Shown here: in pieces, positions 13,368-28,300 of the stretch
How the letters are laid out: each line of letters begins with the position of its first letter
Position numbering within the stretch: the first letter of the stretch is position 1
Source of the DNA: Octopus vulgaris
Taxonomy: Eukaryota
NCBI GenBank assembly: GCA_951406725.2
Contig: OX597822.1
Location: 91,140,001-91,204,000, forward strand
Direction of reading: 5' to 3'
DNA: 64,000 nt
Notes under the pieces: generated by a model
What the model was told of the DNA's origin: nothing
Databases searched by the model: none
The model's input: the letters and a program-made list of their open reading frames with translations, nothing else
Translations under genes and position numbers: made by a program

Positions 13368-16300
13368 TAGTTATGTAAGTACATACACATACACCTTAAT
13401 ATTTCTTTAAAATATCATTTCACTATTACATTTGTCGTAACCTTTTTGAGGCTGCTATTTCAGGCAAGTGCCTTTATGGGTAAATAAACATAAAGGCACT
13501 TGCCTGAAACAATAACAACCTTGGTTGAGGGAATATGGTATCATGGAAGCCATATTTGTACTGTGACAGCTACCGGAGACAATAATGAATCACTGTTTTA
13601 CTACCATTATCTTGCAAGGTTGCAAGAGCTTAATGGATTGTGAGACATATAGAAAACTTGAGAAATTCAGAAAGCATATTTAAGAATAACAATATTTATT
13701 GTTTGACTGAGAGTACAATTAAGTCATATCCTCCATCTCTTTGTATTACAGACTTTATAGCCAAACCAAAGCTCAACTACAAAAGCACCCGGAGAGCTCA
13801 GACCTCTGCCAAGCAGCTCACTTCCACCCATATACATGCATGCTGTATACATATATATATGTACATGTATATACATATATAGGTATATTAATACGTATAT
13901 CTTTATATATAAAAGTGAAGTTGTGTGTCTGTCTCCTATGATTTAGATTCCTAACTACTCCCACATTTTGCGGTGCAGTGTAACCAAAAGCGAGTATCTT
14001 ATAGTCGTGATTCATACCGAGCCCTTCTGGGTATTAGCGCGCATCTACGATGAGTCTACGATTTAAAAAAAATTTACCATTACATTTGTCATAACCTTTT
14101 TGAGGCTGCTATTTCAGGCAAGTGCCTTTATCGGTAAATAAACATAGAGGCAAGTCATCCTAACAAGACATCTGCGTTGGTTGGGTCATGTCCTCTGTCG
14201 TCAACCAGGAGAATTCATCTACGAAGCAATTGCTCCAGCTCCCCTTCAGGGTTGGCAACGCCAGTCGATACTGCTAGTATATATATATACATGTCCGTTG
14301 CCAGCCTCGCCTGGCCCCCGTGCCGGTGACACGTAAAAGCACCATCCGTTCGTGGCTGTTTGCCAGCTCTGTCTGGCACCTGTGCGGGTGGCACATAAAA
14401 AGCACCCACTACACTCACGGAGTGGTTGGTGTTAGGACGGGCATCCAGCCGTAGAAACACTGCCAGATCTGACTGGGCCTGATGAAGCCTTCCAGCTTCA
14501 CAGACCCCAGTTGAACCGTCCAACCCATGCTAGCATGGAAAACGGATGCTAAATGATGATGATATATATATATATACACATATATAGTTATGTAAGTACA
14601 TACACATACACCTTAATATTTTTAAAAACAGGAATCATCTGAAGCAGTTATAATACACCGCTCCTGTCGCCATTATAACCACCGATACTAATTTATCTTC
14701 CTCCCATATTTATCTCGAGCATTGTCATCAACACTGTATCTACAATCACCACAATCAGTTTCTTTAAACAGTTGAAAATCCATTATCTGATACTCATGGG
14801 ACTGAGATTGTTGCAGGTTTTTCATGTTTCTAATTTCTGAGTGCTTTATTAAAAAAAAAAATTGCATCTATAAAACAGAACAGTTTGAGGATAGAAACCA
14901 GATCTAAACACAATAGCTTATAGACATACTCTGAATGTAGTTCTATATAAATCTTAAATATTTTCTTTTTATACTTAAGACCATTAGAAATGTTAAGATA
15001 TCAGCCTCTACTCACGTTGTCATGCTTTGATTAAAAGGTTACAGCATAGATTAGATTACTTAGATAAGTTTCAGCCAAAGTTGAATCAGGCCATATCTAA
15101 TTTCATAGCACCACCTGAAAGAGATATGCAGTCAGCTCTGGGGAACCGTAGCCCATTCAAGCAGAGGATTATTGTTTTCAGAGACATATCTGGGTGGTTT
15201 ATCTGGTATTTGTTGGGGGTAATCATCTAGGGATCGTTTGAATGCCGTGACGTCACTTTCCTCCCTTCTGTGTGTCTGGCACGATGTTGAAGAGAGCAGG
15301 GCCAATTGAGGTGAAATAGTTCTGTCATAGTGTTGTGATACGACACAAACATTTCTGTAGTGGACAGAGGGCATGGGGGCCAAGCCTCGGACAAATCTTA
15401 AAGATGGGCAATGTTGATGGAATATTTTCCACATCATACAGATGATATAGAGCTCACAGCGGCGGTGGAGGGAGCAAAGCCTGAGCTTTTTGAGTTGATC
15501 CCAATAGTCAAGGCTTGTCATGTCATCCTCCACAGACCTTGGCCAAGCAGCTCATAGTAACATAGATACATGAGTAAAATTACTAATAGAGAAACGAAAA
15601 TAAACTTTGGAAACAGCAACGCCACCATAAGTTACGTGGAAACAATGAACGTATTCTCAAGGGAGATAATCATTGTAATACTTCATGTAAAGTAAAGATA
15701 AATGAAAAATCCTTCAAGAATCCATAAAATTCCCGGATCACTCCCAAAATTTCATCATCTGTTCCTTGTGTCATTACCAACTTTTCCTGCAAGTTTCATC
15801 AAATACCATTCACAACTTTTTGAGTTATTTTGCACACAGATGGACAGAAGAACAAACCAATGCCGATGAAAACAACCCCCTTCCTTGGTGGAGGTAAAAA
15901 TCTATGTACTTGGGAAGTTTAACATATTTTGCATGTATTCATGTAAACACACACAATCTTTCCATGAAACAGAAAAGAAAGCAATTCACAGGCCTATTAT
16001 GTTATGCCAAAATTATTTCTATGTTTATGTATAGCATGTGTGTTACTGTGTATAATTAGGATATCTAAGTATACTGGTTACTTAAATGTAGAAGTTGTGT
16101 GTTTGGTACGTGTTTAGAGTAGGTTTAGTGTGCTAATGGAAAACATGCTTGCAGAATGCTGATGGCCTGGTTCTCCTAGCAGAATTGGTCAAAATTATGA
16201 AATCTATGAATTTCTCAGATGTAGTTATTTTCTTTTATTTAGATGATGCCATAGGCGCAGGAGGTGACTAAATTAAATCACAGTTTCTACAATATGGAAG

Positions 16301-19300
16301 TATGAAAAAATTCAGGGAGCTGTTTTGTGTGTTAGCAATGAAAATTTCTCTCTTTGTGCAAATGGCAGACTGTAAGAAGTTTTTAAAAGGAAAGAAAGCA
16401 TGGTAAGGAAGTATAGGCACTGAATTTGAAAACTCTTCAGAAAAGAGGAAAAGTAGGATAAGCATGATCTATATATGTAATGTTTCCTTATATGAATGGC
16501 TGAGCAAGTCATCCATCAAATTATCAATAGAAGGTAACTGTCTTGATATAGATATGCAAAGTTAATTGAAGATGAGGTGTTGGTGCAGAGTGAACATGGA
16601 ATTAGATGACTGAGAAGGAAGTAGCAAATATGATGATGTTAGATTTCAGGCTGCTGGTAAAAAACCATGACAACTGTACAGTAAACTGTGTACTAAATAC
16701 AATAAATGCAGAGTAATTTCCAGTAGACCAAGTTCTTGGTTCTGGTATCACTTTATAGAAATATCACAGCTTGCATTTTCTCTCTTCTTCAAGTCAATGC
16801 ATCAATAGCAAATAATTTTCGTTACAAGAAAATCAAGCAAATAAGCTTTTCCATTGCACATGTATGAAATAAGGACTGAGGAACTGATAGTGGATTAATT
16901 TTAGCTCTCAACTTCATTATTATACATTTCACAGTAAAAAAAAAAAATGCACGTTTCCAATTACCTGTCATTTAACTTTTCCAACATATATGATCCTAAA
17001 CCTGATCCAGTTCCACCTGCTATTGAATGACAAAGAACAAACCCCTGAAACAAATAAAAAAAACATTTCTGAACACAAAGAAGCCAGAGACAAGTCAATT
17101 ATCTTTTAACATTTTTAAAATTTTGGATGAAGACAAGGTGTTCAGGCTAAATCTAATAACATGTATAAAAGGAAAAGGAAAGAATATCTCATCCAAAAAT
17201 AAGTTGTTTTTAATTTTAATCGAAAAATACCAATTAGATTATGGCTGGAAAATAACAGTTTACCCAAAGTATCCACACTCAGTTTCCACCACAGCCTCCA
17301 GATGGCTTTGGAACCTGGTGCATGTGTTCCTCACTATAACCCTGGGAAGAGCTTTGAACACCTCTTTGACCTTGGTATTGCAGGTAGAGCAGTTGGTTTC
17401 CTTCTCAACCATGGCCCACACACAGTAATCCATGGTATTACAATGAGAATTAGAAGGCCAGAAATTGGGGCTGGTGAAGTCAGAGAAATTCTTCAACAAC
17501 CACTTTTGACTTTTACCAAGCAAGGAGCCAAATCCTGCTGTCACACATATGACCTTCCATTAGCAACCCTCTCCAGCCAAGGATTGACCAGTCTCCAGCA
17601 GCTTTATATAGCTGTCTTAATTGTGCCTAAGGTTCAATTCAGATGGGTATGTGAAGCTGTTCAAAGATATAGGAATGAATGCCAGTGTGTGGACAGACAG
17701 AACACCTCCTGGCCATGGCTTTGTAGTCTCTGTTGCAGCTGTCTATGTCATTTCTTACAGCCTCTACACAGCATTAAGCAGCAGTCACGATATCAGCATT
17801 TTGACACCCAGCACAAATCATCATAATGCGGGTAACTCTTTTCAAATATTTAGATAGCTTCTGGTCCTCCATGTCAGCTAACTTTTTCTCATCTACAACT
17901 TTAATCTTTATGCTCTCCAATACTGTTAACTAATCACTAATTCATCAAGCTGTACCTGAAAAAAAAAAAAGAGTCATAGAAAATCATCAAATTAGCCTGA
18001 ACACCCTGTATCCTATGTTCAGGTGGAGGCTATGCAGAGACTGCATGTCTCAAGGCAGTAAAGACCATGGCAGAGGTAGTCAGATCAGAGAGAAAAACCT
18101 GAGCAAAATAATGAAATCAATAAACTTTCTTGGCTGAGTCAATTTACATACACACGACTCACTGAAATTGGGTTATATTAGACAGATCATCACTTAACAT
18201 CCATTTTCCATGCTGATAAGCAAGAGGGCTGCACCAGGCAGCAGTCATCTGTTTTGGCCCTTCCTTACTCTCTTTTTCTCATTTCAGTCATTTGACTGCG
18301 GCCATGCTGGAGCACTGCCTTTAATCGAGCAACTCGACCCCGGGACTTATTCTTTTCTAAGCCCAGTACTTATTCTATCGGTCTCTTTTGCCGAACCGCT
18401 AAGTAACGGGGACATAAACACACCAGCATCGGTTGTCAAGCAATGCTAGGGGGACACACAGACACACAAACACATATATATATACATATATACGACAGGC
18501 TTCTTTCAGTTTCCGTCTACCAAATCCACTCACAAGGCTTTGGTCGGGCTGAGGCTATAGTAGAAGACACTTGCCCAAGGTGCCATGCAGTGGGACTGAA
18601 CCCAGAACCATGTGGTTGGTAAACAAGCTACTTACCACACAGCCACACCAACCACTTTACAAAGTGTACTGGGTGCTTTTTATGTGGTGCCAGAACAAGT
18701 GCTTTTTACATGGTGCCAGCATGTATGCATGACAAGGACTTCTCAGCTAAAAGAGGGAGAGGAACCAAGAGAAGTAGCCATGTCAGGCGAAAGATTGGAG
18801 CTAAGATAGAGGGACAGGGATAGCTGTCTTACTACAGAGAAGACACTTGGTTACCTCAGTAGGATAAGGGAGGCAGGTGGGAGAGTTAGAAAGATAGACA
18901 AGTCAGAGTGAGAGAAAGAGGGCCTACCTACAGGGAACAATGGGGTGGGGACACAGTAAAGGTAGTACTGAGGGAATAGAGATGTTCTTTAAAAGTGTGA
19001 AGGGAGATAATTAGAGATAGCAAGTGATGGTGAGTGGAATTGGAGTAGCTGGCAGGTGGGTATGGTGGATGAGCAGAGACATGGAAGGTGTGTGGATAAG
19101 CATGTGATGGTAAGTAAAAGGGCAGTGGGTGGAGAGTTGGGGAATTTTGCCAGAAGATAGAATTGTGTGTGAGGAGTAGCAGGGCATAACCTTTCTGCTT
19201 CTTCCTAAGCTAAGTATAACTGTCTCCAAGCTTCCCTTCTAGCTGCCTAATACAGTTGTCTGCTACCACCATTCTTTCAATCCTGTCACTCTAAAAACTC

Positions 19301-22300
19301 TATCTACTACACTATTCCACCACCACATCACCCTATATCTGTTGGTCTGTGGCACTCAGTAAGTTGTCCTATAGGAACTTCCAGCTGTCCTCTATATTAC
19401 ATGTCTATAGATTCTCTTTCATGTTAAATGCTTCAGTTACGACGTCTCTAAATCTCTGACTGGTCAAAAGATCCTTAAACTTCCAAATCCTTCTTTTCCA
19501 GACTAGTCTGCTTCTTGGAATCTTTCTAACTTGAAGAATGAGTATAGCAAGGAATTTAATGTACAGGTAGGAGTTCACCAAGGATCAGTTCTCAGCCCCC
19601 TCTTATTTATCATAGTCCTCCAGGCCATAACAGAGGAATTAAAACTGGCTGCCTTGGGAGCTCCTCTATGCTGATGATCATGTTCTTAGTGCAGAATCAC
19701 TAGAGAAGAAATTTCAGGTGTAGAAACAAGGCCTGGAATCAAAGGACCTTAGAATTAATTTATCAAAGACCAAAGTCCAATAAGCAGCAGGAAAACAGAA
19801 AAATCACTAGACCTTTCAGGGAGATGGCCTTGCTTGATATATAGAAAAGGAGTTGTACATTCTTAGTGTTTATTGTACCTACACATCTTTCACACACAAA
19901 GACTACTTTCTCTGTTAACTTTTCTCTTATACTGCTGCACCTCTTATGTGTCCATAGTCTAAATTTACAATTATTTTAGAATTTAATTGAAACACATAAA
20001 GTGGTATTTTTGGTTATAAATATAGTAACAAAAGGGTTAAATACTAAATTATTCAACTGAATAAAATTTCATTAATTTGAAGAATAAAAAAATTGTATTT
20101 ACTTTCAACATGTCTTGAACATTTATGTGCGAGCTGATTAACAAGAGATTAGTACTTACCTCAAGACTGTCACTTCCATCGGCTTCTCGATCAATGATAT
20201 CAAATATTTCCTCATATAACTTTTCACCCTAAAAACATCACAAATATTAGTTTAAGTACTCTTTCATATCATTTATTTTAGATCTTGAATAGGAAGAGTG
20301 TCTATAACCATAGGAACTCCTATACTAGCTAAGTGAGTAAGTGTTGTGTTTAGTTCAAATTGTCATAGGTTAATAAGAAGTATTGAATATTGAGTGAAGA
20401 CACACTGGGATATAAAACACAGTGGTTGCTCTTGAACCCAAATTGGGTTTCAATTTGTGTACCAAGTCTCTGAGGCAAAGCATATTATATCATATGAGAG
20501 AAATACATAGCAAAATCATTTCATATACAGTTATTCATTATTCTTTTTCTTAATGTACACAGTTGGTGTAGAATATTCCACTTTTTGAATAACTCCAATT
20601 TTTTCTAGTCTAAGTTTATCTGTTCCAATGCTGTGAACAGTACTCATTTTTGTTTAAATACTGGTATGGCGTTCTCTTTTCTTTGAAACTATGCCTTCAT
20701 TTTGGTACAAAGACCTAATTTATTCAGGAAAAATATTTAACTTTTTTTTCAATTTGTCCAACAACTTATTTTTACAGGAAGGTAAAAACCATTTATACTT
20801 TTACAGAAAAGATTTATGGGGAAGTCCCATAAATTAAGCAATTCCATCCAGTCAGTACCAAACAAGTTTGTTGTATTATTTAACACAAAAACTTTAACCT
20901 TTAAGGTTTTTTCACAAAATGTAATGTTACTTATCAATTTGCCCTTAAAATATAATTTTTTTCCCTGAAACACCACAGGCAATTTTAAAGGTTTTATTTA
21001 ATTTAGGTCTCCCAATCTTTTTCCATATGTCTGTATTATCGAGATGTCGCTGCCTGTATCCAACTGTAACTTTACATTTGTGTTAATTTTTACACACACA
21101 AATTTTCTTTAAGGCTTGTTTGTATTTTTGTCACCAATAATCCATTTATGTGATTTTTTTTCTGCTGAACCATTTTTTAGGTTTTGTCCTACAACGTGAC
21201 TTTTTATGGCCTATTTTACCACACTTTCAGCATTTTATAATTTTAAATGGATGGTTATTTTTAAAATGTAGACCACCACACCCATAACATTTTTCTGTCT
21301 ATTTTCTTATCCATTACTGGTCAGCACAATTTTATTTGTCATGTCATAGATTAATAATCTTCAGACATTCTTCTACTACTGCCTGCAGAGTTAAATTTTG
21401 GTCCTGTTCTAATTTTGTTGATATCTGGGAACATATATCAGCATCTTTGCTTGCAGTAAGCACTTGAACAAAAATTAAAGACTTGAACATGTCCTGAGTT
21501 AATTTGTTCAATTTGAATTTCTCACACCTTCTGTTAACCACTCTGGCATAGGTGACAAAATCATCTTTTTTGGCCAAATTTAAACCTTGTCAGTGAGTAT
21601 TGAACAGGGAATTCTTTCATTGAAAATTTTCAATAAAATATTTATTTATTTCATTGAAACAAATCTCACCTGGCTTCTCCAGCAGAATATAATTACTATA
21701 TTTTTCATGTTCAGCAGGGGATAACTTTCTTAAAAATAGTACACTTTTTTCTTATTGGACCAACTTTTACACTCTTCTTTGAAGATTTCTTCATATCTTC
21801 AAAAATATGCAGAAAAGGTAATCCCTTCTTCTGGATTATAGCTGAATTCTTCAATTGAATTTGTTATGCTGTCTGGCAAGTATGAACCTAAACTATTTTC
21901 AGACTTGTAGTTGCTGTTACAACTGCACCATGGAGACCAATAAATTCTCCATGTTTGATTTTTTTCTTTGGTTTGTACCAAAAATAAAAACTCTAAACAT
22001 CCAACACAAACTTTGAACAACTCGTTGCCACTTTTATATCCTTGTATTCGATATATAATGAAGCAGGAAGGAAGTATATACATGATGCACTACAATTACT
22101 ATTACACGAGACTCAACGCTTTATATCAAAGGTTCACAGCAAACTGCTACCAACACGAACTGCCATGTGCTCATAGTTCTTTAATTTATAACAATGAGTC
22201 AGTTCACCATTAGTCACTTGGTGGGGGTAGTTTGGAATCCTTCAACAACAAAATGCATGGTAGTATCAAATAAAAAATTGCTAAATAGTGGCAGATTTTA

Positions 22301-25300
22301 GAGACCAAAAGGAACTATGAAGTCAATGAAAACTGAAGGAATGCAAAAAATGGCTGTTGTAGTGTAACAAGATGCGAGGTACTGGTCTAGATAAGGTAAA
22401 CATTTAGTCTGGTTATCTGTAATACTAACTTTACTTTCCTAAAAAAATTTCCTGGCAGTTTAAAAATAAATAATCTAAAAAGTTCAAAGTTTAACCCTTT
22501 AGTATTCAGATTACTCTGTCAAATGTAAAGCCTGTTTAATTACATTGTTTTAAATTAATTGTTCAGCATCTCGTAACTCTGAGATTTTGATGATGTCCCT
22601 GTTTATTTTTAGAATGACTTTGTAGGGTAGGTGTGAGAGGTCAGAGCTGGCTGATTTGAGCATAAAACAGGAAGACAATTTTGGCCAGATATGGCCGGTT
22701 TAAACACTAAAGGGTTAAATAGTTATGTAAACAGAAATATAAAATGTATACCTGTGAAAAACCAACAGCCCAGTTATTTCCTGCACCCCCTCCTTGCTTG
22801 CCAAGGAAAACATTTTCAGGGTTATATAGTTTGGCATAAGGAGATGACATGATAGTGTTAATAACTCTTGGTTCAAGATCAAGGAGTACAGCACGGGGAA
22901 TATAATGTTCATCATCAGCCTAGTAGTAGAAAGAATTACAATATAAATGCTGAAAATCATAGAATTTATTACATTCAATACATTATTGCAACACAATAAT
23001 TATCTTATAAATACACAATAGGGACAGGCGTGGCTATGTGGTAAAAGGCTTGCTTCCCAACCACATGGCAGCTTAGGCAAGTGTCTTCTACTACAGCCTC
23101 AGGCTGACCAAAGCCTTGTGAGTGAATTTGGTAGAGGGAAACTGAAAGAAGCCCATTGTATATATTTGTGTGTGTGTGTTTGTCCCCACACACACCATCG
23201 CTTGACAACCGATGTTGGTGTGTTTATGTCCCCAAAACTTAGTGGTTCAGCAAAAGAGAATGATAGAATAAGTACTAGGCTTACAAAGAATAAGTACTGG
23301 GGTCGATTTCTTCGACTAAAGGCAGTGCTCCAGCACACCCACAATCAAATGACTGAAACAAGTCAATGAATAAAAGAATATCAGAAATATAGTGACCCAT
23401 CAGAGTCAAATAACTTTAGAAATTTTATCCATAACTAATTACAATTTGAATGATTTAGTTCATTTGATTGAAGTCAATTTGCCACCAAGCCATCTTTGTC
23501 CAGTGAAAATGATACATTCCTAAGATAAAACTGACATCCAAGTTCTTTCTATGTTATGATGTCAGAATTATATCTCTAATCTTATTTAAAATGTTTAATT
23601 CATAATGCAAAATTTACAGTGCATCTGAAGATGTTTCCCTACAAATTTTTATATAAACAAGCTTATGTTGAGAAACAGAAAATGTCTAAACTATCAAACT
23701 GAAAAATTAATTTCACTTTGTGACAGATGGATCCAGTTTGTATTCATACCAATACATCTTCAGTAGGGTTCCAGCAACATAATTTGCAGGACATTTTCAA
23801 ATTTGAATGAAGTGTCTCAAACAATTTATTCTACTTGATTTTTAAAAATATCTGAATTTGAAGTCTTTTTAATTAAAAAAAAATAATCACAAACTTACCT
23901 GATAAAAAAATACATCCTTCCGATCTAAACCTTCTGTTGCAAAGTTTTCCAAAATCCCTTCTGCATGATAAAACAATATAATGTATGACTTATTTCTAGA
24001 TTTAAACAAAATAAAAGAAAAAACAAATTTTAAATTAACTCTTAATTTTTTTTCTTGCACCATGAATAAGGTAATCTATGTCCACATTCAGTTTCAATAT
24101 ACAAGTGTTTCTTTAATTAGTCCGAGATTGATCAGCAATTGATTAATTGTTCAATTTATGATTCATAAAATATTTTTCTCATATCTATTGTTTACATACG
24201 AAAAACTCAGAAGACAACTAGCTCTTATTGATTAAATATAAAATGATGGTTGTTGGCACCTGTGTCGGTGGTACATAAAAAACACCATCCGAGCGTGGCT
24301 GTCCACCAGCCTCGTCTGGCATCTGTGTCGGTGGCACATAAAAAACACCATCCGAGCGTGACTGTTCGCCAGCTTCGTCTGGCACCTGTGTCGGTGGCAC
24401 AAAAACTCACTTTTACTACACTCTCGAAGTGGTTGGCGTTAGTGTATAGGGCATCCAGCTGTAGAAACACATGTGCGTAATCTGATGGCCTGGTGCAGCC
24501 TTCAGGCTCCCCAGACCCCAGTTGAACCGTCCAACCCATGCTAGCATGGAAAGCAGACGTTAAACGATGATGATGATGATCAGATTTCTTCACAACTTGA
24601 TTTCCTGTATTTAAAGTGGCAATAGCAAATCTTCATAGTTTCCCAGTGTTGGAGATATTTAAAAAAACTACTTTTACTAATTACTATTTTGTTCTTTCAT
24701 GTGTATAATACTGTTCTATCATGTGCATAATACTGATTTAAAAACATTTTTTTTTTTGCAAAGGTACAATATGTCACATTTATTGAGAAATAAGAATGAA
24801 TTCTCTAACTCTTCCCTCGAATTTCTTGACATTTCTGTCAGCATCCACCACTCCACTCTCAATACCTCCAACCACTACAAATACACTGACTCACACTCCT
24901 ACCTTAACTTCTCCTCCTCCCACCCTACCCACACCCAGCTCTCCATCCCCTACTCCCAATTCCTCCATCTATGCTGGCTCTGCAGTGGTAACCATGACTT
25001 TGAGACTCATACTCCTAGCTGCCACAGTGATCTTCAGATCTGGGAGTGAGCGATTCTGTGAGAGACTTTCTCTAGGTTGATTAATGCCCAGAACAGCAGT
25101 TTACTTTTGGCTAAATACTTCTCCTGCATTTGCATTACTATGAAGAGAGCATCAGTAGTACTTGTTGCAGGCATAAAAGTGAACTGTCTAATCTAGTCTA
25201 ATCCTCTTTTTAAGTCGTGTTATAACACTTTGTAACTTTCAGGAACTGGTCCAGCAACTTGATATGTCTGTAATTATTTCTCTCTTTGGAATCACCTTTA

Positions 25301-28300
25301 AGTTTATAAGCTTAATTAAATATTGCTACAGTGTGAGAAGCTATCATTTACATTCCACTACTTTCTGGGTCAAGTTGTATGCATAACAATAACTTTTTAC
25401 AAGTGGACTGATTCAGCAAAAGCTGAGACAGCTACATAAAGCTGCTGGAGACTGGTCAATCCTTGGCTGGAGAGGGTTGCTACTGGAAGTGTTAGATGTT
25501 AATGGTTTCAGCTGGGAATTTAAGCTGCAATATTCATTTAACCAACTAGAAATAAGCGTCTTTGGTGGTTTTCACCACACCTATCCAAACACTGATTAAT
25601 TATATGTTCATACGACTTATTTGTACTGCTGCCTCATTTTACATAGCTATAAACAAAATTCTTCCACATAAAGAAAGACATTTTAAAAACAACCCCGAAA
25701 ATTTAAGTTTTGTGTGGTTTGAATTATTGCGAGTACCAACTTGTATCTGTAATTCTAAGGAATTCAGTTCCATAAAAGAGGGGTGGAAAGATGCTTGTTG
25801 TTTAGGCACCAGGTCAGCTGTGAAGGAGCAAATGTGGTTGAAAATATTTCAACTATGACAATCCATTTTTTTTTCCAGATGCAGTGTTACCTTATCCAAT
25901 GTCTTTTTCAAGACATTAGGTATGATTTGTGAAGGATTCCACTGGTTGTAAAGCAACATGTAGGTGTTTCTTGCAATGTGAAAGGACAAATGTGGAAAAG
26001 GGAGGCAAAAAAAGAACAGAAGTGATGCTAAGAGAACTAGTGGATGTGTCAGGTGTTGAGAAACCAAGTCTGCATGCATCTATCCTAGTAACCGTCAGAA
26101 TTGAACTATGATTGACAAAGTTAACATTTGGCAGAAGGTTAGGATTAGTAGTAAACTAATAAGGCTGTTTAATTGTGAAGCAGATGTGGTCAAATGGTTG
26201 AGGAAAGTGAGATAAGGACTGGAAATGCAAAGACTGTCAGACATGGATTTTATGCTACTATCCTAAAGAGAGTTACTTTAGAATTATATTTATAAGTGAG
26301 TAAAAGAAGACGACAACCAATTACATGAATGGAAAAGAAAAACCAGTCTGAAAGAGGCTTTCACAGAGGTGGAAGTAAGCAAAGAAGGATTAAATGAATC
26401 AAGGAATAGATGGACATGTAAGCTAATGAGATTAGAACATTGGCTGCATATACTAGAGAGAGCTGAGATTCCTCATTGACATGAGTTCGAGAGAAAGGAG
26501 ACTAGATTTCTTTTGGTAAATAATCATACAAAGAAATGGAGATATATTTTAAGTTTTTAAATTTATTTATTTATTATTATATATATATATTTTTTTGCAA
26601 GCTTGCCATTGTGTTAAGCGATCTTTAGATCAGGAGGGGACATGCAATGCAATAGTACGATATAGAGGGTAGGTATGGAAAAAAAGGCAAAAAAAAAAAC
26701 GATGCCAGGTGAGGCATCATTTGACATGTTAAAAAAAGGTCTATTTGCATCGTTTTTGGTACCAATCAAATTCTCTTTTTGTTTCATGTTATTATGATTT
26801 CTTTTGTGGAACTTCTAGTAAAGGACAAAATTAATTTAGACAAGATTATTTTGTTTTTCACCAATTTAACCACACTTCCTTAGTGAGGCGCAGCATAATA
26901 GAAGTGATATGAGAGATATGTCCATTAAGTAGGTCTAAGTGAGGCAGTAATAAAGTATACTACTTCATAGTAGTCTAACAGATGGGGAGATTGGGTGAGT
27001 GTTAGTTTACCTAATAGCTGGGAGGCATTTTCTTGGATACATAACAAATATGATTTGACAACTGTGTAAAAGAATTTATAAATTAATTCCTAACGCATTA
27101 TTTAGTTATTTCATCTCAACAATTAAACCATATTTCATTCCTACAGTTCCAAATCAACATATTCTCAAACTTACACCACTGCACTCCCACTAGAGGCAAT
27201 GGTACTTCATAGATCATGTTATCAAGTAATATAAAAAATATCATGAAACAGAAAATGGAAGATCAATACCTGGACTAATACCATGTTCTGCACACAACTG
27301 CTTCCAAAATTCCATGCCAACTGAGGAGAAAATAGAAACACAGATAAATAAGTAACATAATTTCAACAAATATTAGGGCTATTAATTGAAAAGCTACAGT
27401 TAAGTGTTGTTAGAATTTTTCTATGAAATAGCTGTAACTTGTCTATCAAGAAGTTATGTCCAGATCTCAACCAAATCGAATTACCCAGTATTACATATCA
27501 GCATGAGAAGAATATTAAATTTTGAAAAGAAATTTTTTTAACCTACTTTAGTCATATTTAAGATATTTCAGCACACTCAGACATGTGAAGACCTGCTGCA
27601 GAAATATTCCAGGAAGAAAATTCTCTGAGATGTGTGTAAACACATTGGGCTGTGAATGATGATATTAGATCATAGGCAAACCTTTCACTGCATAAATAGT
27701 CCTGGAGAAAATTCTCTTCCGAGAGGGCATGTGAAATGCATGAATCCTTACAACCCAATGATGTTATTCACAGCCCAATGTGTTTTCCCACATTGTCTAG
27801 AAGGAGAATTTTCTCCTGGGACTATTTTAGTGGAAGATCTTCACATGTCTGAGTGTATTTGAACATGTTCAATATGACTTTACATGAATATATTCAGGAT
27901 ATATGTTGACTTTATTTTGGTATTCAAAATATAGCCTCACTAAACCTTGCTGAAATAAAATTATCAGTAATCTCACCTGTGTGATAGATAGTATTGGTTA
28001 TTAGCATATTTAATGCAAGGAGCATTAAAAACCCAAAACAAAATCAAAAAGCAGTGAGAAAAACCATTTTGTATTAAAGACTTAATATTTTTTCATTTGC
28101 CCCGTCAACAATAGGTAAAAACTCAAGACAAGTTAATCCATTTTATCCTTATCTACTTGCATATTGTCTTTCATGCTGCTATTGCAAAACTAATTTGGTT
28201 TAGACATTAAAATAATTAAGAACTAAGTTTCTAAACATTGTTTTTTCTGTACCAACAAACATACATTTCTGTATATTTACTTAGTGATTCCTTTGCCACC

